Shown here one piece after another: positions 39,033 through 51,650 of a DNA stretch of 64,000 nucleotides (its first letter is position 1; each line of letters opens with the position of its first letter). Position numbers and translations under genes: made by a program. The notes beneath the pieces are model-generated. The model was not told the DNA's origin and did no database searches. It saw only the letters and a list, made by a program, of their open reading frames with translations. Origin of the DNA: Octopus sinensis (taxonomy: Eukaryota). Location: positions 79,670,001-79,734,000 of the forward strand of contig NC_043001.1 in NCBI RefSeq assembly GCF_006345805.1, written 5' to 3'.

Positions 39033-41310
39033 CGCACACGTCAATGCTTATTGATATACACCCCCGCAAGTAAATGTATACACATACATATATATATATA
39101 CATATAGTCATATATATATATATATACACAAGTACTCATACATACATGCATACATACATACATACATACACACATACATACGTACCTATTTTCCTCACTC
39201 TATAGATACAGCACAAGTTCGTTTGTATATGTCGATTATAAATGATTTCCATAACGTACGTTGAATGCTTTCTCTTTACATTGGGCTGCTTCTCTACTTT
39301 TCTTTCTTGCACACTTTCACACCCATATCATTTATCTCCCTTGTTTAGCTCTCTTCCGGAGTTTTGCTCATGTGTGCTGTGTTTGCATGTAATTTATTTT
39401 TTTCTTTCATTACATTTTTCTTCTATTATTTCTTTATTTAAACATTTCTATTTTCCTCTTTTTCTTGCAATCACACTTAGGGAATACTGATTATTTTCTT
39501 TTTAATTTTGCAATAGTTTCTCCTTGATTGATTTGTGGTTTATTTTATATTTTCATAGCAATCTAATTTCTGGAATAGTATACATTTAACTGTTCCCACT
39601 CGTGCAATGAAATACGTTGATTTCAACAATAAATTCTAGCACTATCAGCAGAACTCTCATTCCTTAAAACTAATACTAAAACACTTTATAAAGAAAACAA
39701 ATCGATGAAATCTACTATTCTAACAGCCATATTCGCAAAAAAAATCTAGTAAAAATCTGTCACCGCTTTCACCAGCTAGCTGTTTCATTTATAAGGTATA
39801 TATCGCATCTATCGTATGACAAATGTTGCTCTTTGTCCCTGAAGGTAAACGTGTCAAGAGAGAAAAATCTTTTTCAATTACACTTTTGTATCTTCTACTA
39901 TATATTATCAGATCTACAAAATGCAATACTCCATTGTAAAACCCAGAAGCAGACTTTGGTTGCTCATCCTGATTCTGAACCAAAATGGTTGCTGCTTTTC
40001 GTTCCAAAAAAATTTCATAGCAAAATCAGAACCATGTTTTGTGATTTAATAATATATTACTACTCTAAGACGGAGACTGAACAAAATGCTGAGCAACACC
40101 CCTTCCGGCTTTACATTCTGAGTTCAAATTCCACTGCGACCGACTTTGCCTTTTATTCTTTCGGGATCGATCAAGCAGATACTACCTGAATACTCAGGAT
40201 GGTGTAACTGACTTGTACCATCCCCGTCAATATAGGTAGCCGTCTGCCAAAATTTGATAAAATATATAACTGCGGCACGGATAATGTTCAAACTTACTGC
40301 GCCTTTTGCAGAAGCACTATGTAGTCTAGTGTTTTAATGCTCAGGAATTTCCTTTTAGCTATTACATGAATGACTGTCAAACTTTTACTACTACTGATCG
40401 GCTCTTGTAATGACGATCCACAATGTTTAACACAATGGGTAAATGGGTTACCATTAAGCTAATAAAAAAGATCACCACAAAATTTATTTACAATATCCAA
40501 TGTATTTCATTAATTGTTCAAATTCACATTACACAGTTTGATCACGGTATACTTGGTTAACAACAAATATGTAAATCGGCAATACTATGAAATACGCTGA
40601 CACTAGCCAAGCTGTAACGAGTAACTACATCTAGTAACAAGATGAAGAGTAAGAAAAAAAGTCGTTAGGCGGTTAAGTTGGTCATGGATTCTAACTTCTG
40701 AACCATTCGATGCTTGAGCAGCACCCAATCAAGGTGTTTATCTTTGTTATTATAACCAAATTGAAGCTAAGTAATAACGTTTATTGTACATGGTAGCAAT
40801 TTCTACAAGAACAATTAATAGACGTACCACTAGCCATGCAGTTCTTTATTTAAACATGATGAGGCTGGAGATTAGATGATGTTAAAAATAATTTAGCATT
40901 TTCCAGATTATTAACTTCTTCTCTAGGTTCTAAATTTACAATTTTATATGTAGACAGAGTTTAAATCGGTTTAATCTTCGATCACCAAATGATGCATACA
41001 TCCAGTCAAATAGGTGGATTCACTGTAGGAATTGTTATTTTGATACTTAAAGTAATAAAGTTCTTATCTCGGGGTCAGTGATGCATAGTACTTTCTAGAT
41101 AGATATTTCATTGTTTTTGCTTGCTGGATACTGCATATGTTAACCATTATGGATCATCGTTTCAGGAACTCATTTATAATAGTAAAATTTCGATGAACAC
41201 GCCATTCGTATAATAACCATAATGCAAATTTAGATCGCAAAGATATTGATAACACGTTGGTTATAAAAAAGACATAATATGGCCGAATATTATCCGTGAG
41301 ATTGTTATAT

Positions 41311-41512
41311 ATTGGCTTCAAATTTTGAAACAATGCCAGTAATTTTGGAGTTGTGGTTAAGTCGATTACCTCGACTCCAGCTTAACTGGTACTTATTTTA
41401 TCGACTCTGAAAACATGAAAGGCAAAGTCTACCACCGTGGAGTTCAGAAACTTACCAAAAAATGTGCTGCGAAGCATTTCTCCCGGTGCGCTAACAATTC
41501 TGCCAGCTTACA
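41311..41512 (-). mobile_element. Family B SINE
   Basis: ACTGGTACTTATTTTATCGACTCTGAAAACATGAAAGGCAAAGTC..GCTAACAATTCTGCCAGCT. Confidence 0.8.
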
Positions 41513-41809
41513 GCGCTAGTGATAGTTCTTTATTAAATGCAGAATACGGTTTTGTTGTCGTAAAACAATTTTGCTGAGTTTTCCAATGAGGTAAACCAAT
41601 TGTTAACTCGTTGAGTATCTACTGGTGTCAATGAAGTGCACACACATGCTCTCTCTTAGTCACTCTATGCATGCGTAATTAGTTAATAAGTATGTATGTA
41701 TCTCTCTCCCTCAATTTTTCTCTCTATCCACCTATCGATCTATATTTATTTATATGTATGTTATATAAAAATGTATGTATTATATATTATCTGTCTATCT
41801 ATATGCGTG

Positions 41810-41842
<33 letters not shown>

Positions 41843-41887
41843 GTCGATCTAACTCTCTATCTATCAATCTATCTATCTATCTATCTT

Positions 41888-41954
<67 letters not shown>

Positions 41955-41957
<3 letters not shown>

Positions 41958-42076
41958 TCTGCTCGCTTAGCCAGCGGGGTGGCGTCATTTGAAGGCTAAA
42001 ACAATGCAAAGCGCATTGTCACCAGCGATGTGTAGCAACATCTGATAGCCTGGTCGATCATGGTGATCATGGTGAT
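41955..42076 (+). mobile_element. GC-rich retroposon 3' fragment inserted in (TA)n
   Basis: ~120 bp island between two (TA)n tracts, ending in tandem GATCATGGT units. Resembles an octopus SINE tail as I recall it. Confidence 0.5.
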
Positions 42077-42097
42077 ATATATATATATATATATATC

Positions 42098-42133
<36 letters not shown>

Positions 42134-42399
42134 ATATATATATGTGTATATATATACATATATATGTGTGTGTGTGTGTGTGTGTGTACATATAATAGAA
42201 ATATGTTTCAAAAAGAAAATAGTAACTACACATGGAAAAGATATGGGTAAAGTAAGAAGAAATAAAGCGAAAATGCACATTGAATGTCAAAAAAATAAAG
42301 GCTTTTTTATGAAAAGTAGCGATAAATAAATACAATTAGATGAACTGTGGTAAAATTAAGAGGAATTAAATTCGTTATTTTGAATTGTTAAAGAGATAC

Positions 42400-43765
42400 A
42401 CAGTCAAACCGTTATCGTCAGTGCTGTTCACAGGCTTTGAATGCGCACCGATTATTAAACGGTGTCGGGTCTAGTAGTCCCTGTGTAAAAATATTGTGTA
42501 AGGAAGGTAAGTAGTTCTGAAAGTAGTGCAATTAGGGTCGATATAATACTGTAATATGAATTGTATAATGGAATGTATGGGTGTTATTGGCATTATTTGT
42601 AAGATTAGTAGTATTCTGTAAGTTGTGGATGATATTTATTGATGAAAGTTGTTTCTTTATTCCTTCTTTGCTGTACTGAGGTATTCTGTGAACATTGATA
42701 GAAGGAGAAAATTAGGAAATTAGGATTAAGGTTCCTAGCACACCTATCTATGTGTTCACTGACCTGTATATGTCTGTATTATGGGTGGCGGATTTGTTCT
42801 TTGTGAAGAGTGGTTCTTCGACGAGGTGATATTCCTGTTTCCGCAATATATTGATTACCACGCCCTAAACAGGTTATGACATAGATTAGGTTTTCCGAGG
42901 CACAGGTGAAATTTGATTTAATCTCAAATATTTCACCTTGTTTAAAGTGGAACTCTGTACCCTCCAAAAGGTGGGGGCATATGCCACAGTTAAACCGACC
43001 GCAGTTTTTCCCTTTTGGTTCCGTTGTTAATAGATATAGTCGTGCGTTGGACTTTTTAATGATTTCGGTTGCATTTTGCTGTTGATAATTTTGTATGAGC
43101 CTAACATTTTGTTCAATGCTTTATCTCCTGTGAGAATGGGTAGATTTTGGATGATAATGTCAAAGGCTTCATTGTTTCTAGCGCTATGTGTGGAGATGTA
43201 TGGGAGTATTTTGAAGTATGGTGTAGTATTTCGATTGGCTTCCCCTAATGTTCGTATGTCTATTTCCTTTGCTCGTTTAAACCTATCATTTATTAATGAT
43301 GTTGGGTAATGTTTCTTGATTAGTATTGATTTGAGTTCACAGAGTCTTCGTTCACGAGTATTTGTGTCCGAAACTATGGTAGATTATAAGGTACATTAAT
43401 TTTTGTGTTGGGGTGGCATGAGATGAATAATAGGTATTGTTTCGGTGTGGTTCTTGACTATTTTAATTAGGATGTCAAGAAAAGGGAGTTGTTTATTGCT
43501 GTGTTCCATCGTAAATTGTATGTTGTTGTTGATACTGTTGAGCATTATTTTGAAATGGAGGAGTTGGTCCATGCTAGCTTTCCAAAGTATAAAGAAATTA
43601 TCTAAATAGCTGTCGCAGTTCTCCTTTAAATAGCAATGAAGTGAGGTGCCTTATTTTTGTAGCGATGATTGGTATAATCTAAGTTCTAGGTAACCCATAA
43701 TAAGTTCGCGATTACTGGGGCAGCTCGGGTTCCCACCGCAATTTCACATTTTTGTCGACAGTAGT
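42400..43765 (-). mobile_element. Neptune-type Penelope-like retroelement relic (RT C-terminal half, Cys linker, GIY-YIG, 3' terminal region)
   Basis: [92 protein letters not shown]. Disrupted by stops and frameshifts. Confidence 0.9.
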
Positions 43766-43805
43766 GTGTATATATATATGATGAAATATATGTTATGTAT
43801 GTACG

Positions 43806-43898
<93 letters not shown>

Positions 43899-44032
43899 CA
43901 TATATATATTTATGTATGTATATAAATATATATATATACATATATATATACATATATATGTATATATATACATATATATACATATGTATATATATACGCA
44001 TATATATACATATATTTCATCATATATATATA

Positions 44033-45602
44033 CATACGTGCCACATTAATAGGCACATCAACCATCTCTTAATAAATAAGCGTATAATCGTTCAAAACCA
44101 GTTGTTTTTCCATTGACTCTTGGCACATTCTGCACACATTCTGTTGAAATGAATCGGACCTGCGCAGACACCAACAGATGACAGCCATCTTTGAGATTGG
44201 GCAACATTTTCACCGTCACAAATTATTAGGCAAGTATAATAAGTGTGCCAGAACAAATATTTAATTCAACTGTAAAGTTCTAGCAAAAAGGTATTCATAA
44301 ACGATTTAATGATGAACATAATAATACGTTGGGAAACAAAATAATCATGGGATTATGATGTCATACAGCTCCTAATGTTTGATCATTGATCCTCCACGTG
44401 CAGTAACCTTCCTTACTCGCTGATCCATTGAATTTGTGAAGGTGATGATATCCTCTTGTGTCATGCTTTGAGCAGCATTTACAATTGCATCCCAGGGGGC
44501 AACTTTACTTGAAAATTGCCGTCCATCTTGGTAAACGCGCCTATTCAGGACACTCCACAGGTTATCGATCGGGTTTAAGTCAAGGGAACAAGGTGGCCAC
44601 TCCATCAAACGACCTTCATAGAAGCCTATTTGCTGCAGGTATTCCTTAGAATTCTTCGCTGCATGAGACGGGGCATTTTCTTGCATAAAGAGTAGCTTTA
44701 TCTTGAATGAAAGAGTTTGCTTTTTGAACCACGGTTGGAAATTCTCCTTTGGGGAGATAACATACTTTATCGATGTCATCTTAATGCAACCTGGGATTTT
44801 CATTGCCTGACCATCATACCACAACGATGCCAGCCTTAAACATGACCCCAACTCACCCCTGTTGGTGTCTCAGACTATGAGAACGGTTCCCTCTGATTGA
44901 TACCCAACCTTTACTCCAGCCATCTGGTCCATCAAGAGTAGCACGGCATTCTTCAGTGAACAGAACTGTTGATAAATCTACCTTCATGCATTCTTCCGCC
45001 TATTTTAGTCTCTTCTTCTTATGTACAGCCTTCAGAGGGAGCCTTGCAACAGGTTTAGCCTTCCTGGCTACCTGCTTCAAAAGACGACGCCTGGTAGATT
45101 TCGATATGTCTTTCCTGCCACAACGTTTGAAGACTTCTCCTCTTGTCAGACATGAGTTCCGCACAACTTCACTTTTCACACGTGACAAACTACGATTCGA
45201 AGCATCCTTCGACTTATCCTTATCTATCCGCGACTGGACAGAAATAAGAGACTGCAAAAATTTCTTCACTGTTCGATGATCTCTTCCCAGTATTTTTTCA
45301 TATTTCTATGGTTGTTTTTCCTTTTCCAAGCTCTGACACGATAGTAAACTTCTCAATTCAGATCCATAATGACACTTAAATTGGGCACCTGCCTAATAAT
45401 TTGGGATAGCAGAAATTTTACCGCTACACGTTAATTGCCGCCGTTTCTTTTCGACCATGCAGATCCGATTTATTTTAACAGAATGTGTGCAGATAGGCAG
45501 AAAGGTGTTGCTAACAGTCAGTGGGGAAACAACCGGTTTTGAACAAATATACAGTTATCTATTGAGAGAAGCTTGATTTGTCTAATAATGTATATCTATA
45601 TG
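44033..45602 (-). mobile_element. Tc1-family TRT (DD37E-type) element with ~215 bp IR/DR termini
   Basis: Long inverted arms (GTTCAAAACCAGTTGTTT / AAACAACCGGTTTTGAAC; TCTGCACACATTCTGTT / AACAGAATGTGTGCAGA), each with outer and inner ATTA(A/T)TAG(G/A)CA repeats. Confidence 0.85.
44372..45365 (-). pseudogene. TRT/DD37E-like transposase pseudogene
   Basis: KILGRDHRTVKKF, VLFTEECRATLDGPDGWSKGW, FMQENAPSH-(37 aa spacer)-DLNPIDNLW. Frameshifted. Confidence 0.9.
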
Positions 45603-45749
45603 TGCGTATATATATATATACATATTCACATACACACACAGAAGGGAGCGGCAACAGGACGGAAATAAAGGGAGATAATGGAGAGGGACAGATTCATATT
45701 TACTTCCATACATACGCACATACATACATACATGCATACATTTATACAT

Positions 45750-45781
<32 letters not shown>

Positions 45782-45953
45782 TATATATATATATATATTA
45801 TATTAACAATTTAAAACAAATGTGTCAAACCTACCAATTCCAACATCATAAATTAGCCACATTTACTAAAATCATCATTTATACGGTATTCATCAATCTT
45901 CGCAGGTTAAGCCTACACCTCGCTGACTTCATAGTTAACCAGTATCCCACGAC

Positions 45954-46016
<63 letters not shown>

Positions 46017-46629
46017 TGTTGTTGTAGACTCAATAATAGTAATGGAAGGACGATGGTGATACAGAGAAGCAGCAGCAGTAGTAGTAATAATGGATGTGGT
46101 GATGGTTGTAATGGTGATTGATGAAGCGACGTTTACGGCATCAATGTTATAAGTAGAAATGCTTTAAGTCTAGTTAAGACCTTCACGTCTGTTTCGGTTC
46201 TTAGTGAAGACGGAAGAGCGTCGTAGTAATTTTTGTGGTTGTTGTTGCTGTTGTTGTTGTTGTTCTTCTTCTTCTTCCTGGTGTCATGTATTCCCAAGCT
46301 CGTCGTTGTGGAGGAGGCCTATGTTATTCATGTTTCCGGTGAAACGATAACTCAGGACCCTTATCTTCATCGGAGCCTCAAAAATTTAGCGCTCTTTATT
46401 TCTAATGCTTTGAAAAGCGCAGCATTCCGCCTTTGAATGCATTGTATCTGATAGCAGAAACAGCTTTATGGGATTGAAGTTCATGCCATAAATTTCTTAT
46501 TCCTGCACTGTACTCGCTTTATTCTGAAGAATATGTATACTGACTTCTTATATGATACGATTTTGAAAGAAACTTCTTACCACACAGCTACGCCTACGCT
46601 TATATATCTATGTATACATATATATATAG

Positions 46630-46920
46630 TGTACCCGGGGATTTTTCCAGTATTAATTTTGGTGAAGTAGCAAAACGGATGTTGCTGCTTTTCTTTGTGC
46701 CTCCTACCGCGAGGTGGGTTCATCCGGTATCGCAGATAAAAAACTGTCTAGACGTTTTTGAAGACTACCATGTCTACCCCTCGCACATCCCAGATGTTCT
46801 GTGGTAAGGCATTAAGAAATTGGGGTCCCTTGAATCCCAAGCTATTACAATATTGGGTTCGTATCCTCGATGGAGAAGATGGGACACTCGTACGGTGCAG
46901 TGCCGTCCAGTACGGGGTTT
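46630..46920 (-). mobile_element. CR1-group LINE ORF2 C-terminal relic
   Basis: RIRTQYCNSLGFKGPQFLNALPQNI..VDMVVFK..LDSFLSAIPDEPT matches the CR1/Zenon-like NSL..GP.LFN.LP..FK..LD.FL..PDEP motif. Confidence 0.75.
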
Positions 46921-46923
46921 GTA

Positions 46924-46984
<61 letters not shown>

Positions 46985-46990
46985 CACTCT

Positions 46991-47630
46991 TTAGTCGAAC
47001 TAATCGACCCCAGGACTTTTTCTTTGTAAGCCTAGTACTTATTCTATCGGCCTACTTTGCCGAACTGCTAGGTTTCGATGAGATAAACACACCAGCATCA
47101 GTTGTCAAGCGAGTGTGGGGTCAAAACACAGACACAAAGTGGCACACATATAAATATATATATACGTACATATACGTATATATAGTATATATATATATAT
47201 ATATATACGACGGGCTTCTTTCAGTTTCCGTCTACCAAATCCACTGACAAGGCTTTGGTCGGCCCGTGGCTATAATAGAAGACAGCTGCCAAGAGTGTCA
47301 CGCGGTGGGACTGGACTTGGGCAAGAGTCTCCTGCTATAGCTTCGGACCGACCAAATCCATGTGAGTAGATTTGGTAGACGGAAACTGAAAGAAGCCCGT
47401 CGTATATAAATATGAATGTATATATTTCTATGTCTGTGTTTGTCCCCGCACCAACAATTGACAATCGCTGTTGGTGTGTTTATGTACCCCGTAAGCTAGC
47501 GGTTCGCCACAAGAAACCGACAGGATAAGTATTAGGCTTACATAGAATAAGTCCTGGGGTCGATTTCTACGACTAAAGCCGGTGGTCTTGCATGGTGTCA
47601 CTCAAATGACTGAAACAAAGTAAAAAGTAA
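46991..47630. mobile_element. Head-to-head fused pair of family A SINEs (-, 46991-47312; +, 47316-47630)
   Basis: TATACGACGGGCTTCTTTCAGTTTCCGTCTACCAAATC is mirrored by GATTTGGTAGACGGAAACTGAAAGAAGCCCGTCGTATA. Both heads are truncated at the junction. Confidence 0.9.
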
Positions 47631-47744
47631 AAAAAAATATATATTTATATACATATATATACATATATAGATACACACATATATATATATAAATACATAT
47701 ATATATACATATATAGATACACCACATATATATATATAATATAC

Positions 47745-47821
<77 letters not shown>

Positions 47822-48243
47822 GCGCTTATTATTCATTATACCAAACATATATGCATACGTACACAGCTAACATGATATATATTCATATATGCATATGCCC
47901 CAATTGATCACATGTCAAAACCTACTTGAAAAAGTAGCTCCTGTCAGGGGAGCCAACAATGAGATAATTCGCATCTAAGGGCTTACCGACCTACGCATGT
48001 GAAAAATGGATTTGGCGAACCCAGCACGACATTGGTTCAACAGCACGACATTGTAGAGTGCAGAGACCAAGATGAAGGTGGGCACAAATGTGAGAACGAT
48101 GTTGACGGTATGCATCTATACTTCCCTTTATATAATGTCACCATGCTTGTCATCAGTCACGCTTTGAGGTTCCTCATTGTCCTGACGTACGAACATGATT
48201 ATTCAGTGTATAGTAATGACGATTTTGAATCATCTCCTTTGGT

Positions 48244-48465
48244 ATTCTTTTCATTCTTTTACTTGTTTTTGTCATTTGACTGTGGCCATGCTACACCAGG
48301 ACTTAGTGTTTGTAAGCCTAGTACTTATTCTATCGGTTACTTTTGCCGAACCACTACGTTACGGCACGTAAACACACCAGCATCGGTTGACAAGCGATAT
48401 TGGAGGGACAAACATACACACACACACACATATTCACTCAAATATATATATATATACATATGTAT

Positions 48466-48500
<35 letters not shown>

Positions 48501-48669
48501 CATATATATATGTATATATATATGACTGGCTTCCTTCAGTTTCCGTCTACCAAATCCACTCACAAGGCTTTGGTCGGCTCGAGACTATAGTGGAAGACAC
48601 TTGCCCAAGTTGCTACACAGAAGATCTGAACTCGGAAGCATGTTGTTGGTAAATTAGCACTCCTGCACC
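48244..48669 (-). mobile_element. Family A SINE
   Basis: Tail, central microsatellite and TCAGTTTCCGTCTACCAAATCCACTCACAAGGCTTTGGTCGG..GAAGACACTTGCCCAAG. Confidence 0.85.
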
Positions 48670-48859
48670 TGCACTATTAGGTGGGGGGCAATGAACACAC
48701 CATTCTGCTACATTTTTGTATTCATTCTCTTCTTTTATGCTTTTCAAAGCGTTCAGACATTAGTGGTGACGTTGCTTGTAATGATATTATTAGTGGTTGT
48801 GAGGATTGGTTGTTGTTGTTGTGGTGGTGGTGGTAGTAGGATTTCGATGCATCGTGGCT

Positions 48860-49403
48860 ATCATAGCTAGCAATGCTCAAAGACCCGAAATGTTATCAGT
48901 TCAAATTTCCTGTAATGAAGCAGCATTCCTCGGGAATACGTCTATTCACAAAACAGAGGGATCAAGGAAAATCGAGAGGATATAGGTTCCTTGGACTAAT
49001 GAGGATGTTTAATTCCTCAATGCCTCATAGCCGAATAGTGCTAACAGATAATGATACAGTTATAAAACAAATAATCAACTTATAACCGATCTGAAAGTAA
49101 AGATAGCCAGAAATTGGAGACTGGAAGTCGAAACAAACCCTATAATAATCCGTCCCTTGTGAATAATTGAAACCGATGCACACTAATACATAACCAAAAT
49201 CCCAGGACGTACCAACTAATAGAAATTACATAAACTAGTATTACGTGCCCCTGCATGAATATACCATACAGTACTTTCAATACCATGAGTAAAATACAAA
49301 ATACAGAAATCAGACATAACAATGCATGCAAGCAAAGCACACAGTGCTGCACTCGGTTGTTGACTGTTATAATAATCAAATAATAATAATAATCATAATA
49401 ATA

Positions 49404-49434
<31 letters not shown>

Positions 49435-49468
49435 CATAATAATAATAATAATAACAATAATAATAATA

Positions 49469-49525
<57 letters not shown>

Positions 49526-49535
49526 TAATAATATT
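48860..49535 (+). mobile_element. Decayed R4/Dong 3' fragment running into (TAA)n
   Basis: DLKVKIARNWRLEVETNPIII..YITKIPG..KLVL..VLSIP* aligns with the RLE C-terminus at 32867-33091. 3' UTR AAGCACACAGTGCTGCAC resembles that copy's UTR. Confidence 0.7.
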
Positions 49536-50250
49536 GATATTGTTGTTCAGCGTCGTAATCATTTTGCGCATCCAGCATTACGTGTAATAATGTTTTCTCT
49601 AATGATGTCTCTTATCTGCATCAATTTATTGCATTTCGTGAGGGAAAACAGAAAGAAACGATAAGTAATATATCAACAGTCATATGAACAAGAGAAAAAG
49701 CAACGAAAAATCTGTAAAGAAAAAAGAGAATACGCAGATGTACGTACTTACACACACACATATATATATATATGTATATATTTATATATATATATGTGTG
49801 TGTGTGTGTATACATACACACATATACACACAAATAACAAATACACACACATATAGATATGTGTGTAATGCATGAAGTATATTTTACGTATGTTTATTTA
49901 TAACATATGTAAGTACATATATAGGTACAAATATATGTATGTATATGAATATATGTATACATATTATATATTCCACACTCATAAAGCCTTATAAATATTA
50001 TACACTCACACATATATACACACACATATATATATTTATATATGTACACACGCACACACACATATATATATATATAGATAGATAGATATACGTGTATAAA
50101 TTATATATCATTGATATATATATATATATATACATTATATATATACGTTATATATATATATGTATAGTGCATTATTATATTATATATATACATATATAAT
50201 ACCTTATATATATATATACATCATATATATATTTATATATATATATATAT

Positions 50251-50303
<53 letters not shown>

Positions 50304-50579
50304 TATATATATAAAAGTATGTACACAGCCACACGCACCACATACATACATATACACGCACATATATTAGGAACATATATATGTATATATGGTTGTATGA
50401 GTACATATATCCCAAAAAAAAAAACATTATATGGACGCTCATTTTCTCGAATCCACACCATTCAATCATTGCTGAGTCATCTTCTGTTTTATGTAGCATT
50501 TATTTCCCAATTTGCTGATGTATAGCTTCGCTGTGTATTTAGTAACAGAACAGCTATAAAATAGCTACATATTGTTTAT

Positions 50580-50778
50580 AGATATAATAATAATAAGAAA
50601 AAGAATAATAATAATAATAATAATAATATTAATAATAATAGTAATAATAATAATGATGATATATATAATAATAATATAATAATAATATTAATAATAATAA
50701 TAATAATGAATAATAATATATTAATAATAATGGTAATAGAATAATGAATAATAAAAATAGTATAATAATAATATAATA

Positions 50779-50845
<67 letters not shown>

Positions 50846-50865
50846 TATATAATACAACAACAACA
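50580..50865. repeat. Degenerate (TAA)n microsatellite
   Basis: Direct reading. Confidence 0.95.
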
Positions 50866-51359
50866 TTTATAAGTGGTTTTTCATATATTTGGCTTAAGGG
50901 CCCATGAATTCGAACGGAATAGGTGACAAGCTGTGTTAGGTTGCTCAGATATCGCTATGTAAATAAAAGAATGGTTGCTCAGATAAAATGTTTTATTTTG
51001 GACAGCGAAAAATTTCAAAAACTATACAAATACAGATAAATTACAAAAAAATATATACCTACGTTTATTTGCATGTGTGTGTGAGTGTATATGTGTGTGT
51101 GTGAGAGAGAGAGGAGGAGAGGGAAAGATAGAGAGAAAGCGAGTGGGAGAACAAGAAAGTGGGAGAGGGAGAGTATATAGATAGAAAGCAATTACGTGTA
51201 TCTTACACGTATATGTTTATGAATTTGCCTCCTTAGCTACACAACATGCTCAACAGCTTTTCTCCTTCAGAAAAATCTTCTGAGCATTGTTGTAGCTGGG
51301 AGAGGAGATTGTTATCTCACGCCGCTTTCCCGATTAACCTCTTCCTTAGACTTAATCTT

Positions 51360-51650
51360 GGTTCGGTCACGACCCCTACATCTCAGAAGGCCGGAGCTTA
51401 ATCCGGTGTCAATGGTGTATGAGTGATTGAAATCACAGCACCTCCTCATCATCTCCTGAAGGGGACGACAATCTATCACAGGTTTAATTTTGTAACTACT
51501 TACTAGAACTCATTTACAGCCGAGTGGCCAGGAGCACCGCGAACTGAGGTGTTTTACTCAAGAATACATCGCATCCACTGGTCTAGGAATCGAAACCTCG
51601 CTCTTTCTATCTTGAGGCCAACACTAAAACCATTAGGCCACATGACTTTT
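51360..51650 (-). mobile_element. Decayed family C (V-type) SINE
   Basis: ACTCATTTACAGCCGAGTGGCCAGGAGCA..GAGGTGTTTTACTCAAGAATACATCGCATC..AGGAATCGAAACC..AACCATTAGGCCAC matches 9850-10001. Confidence 0.75.

Noticed and set aside
42400-42440. CTGACGA box at the 3' end of the Neptune relic
   Set aside because: No GAAA or stem II follows. At best a deleted remnant.
47999-48652. Longest ORF (217 aa)
   Set aside because: Runs through an antisense family A SINE and microsatellite. No recognisable domain.
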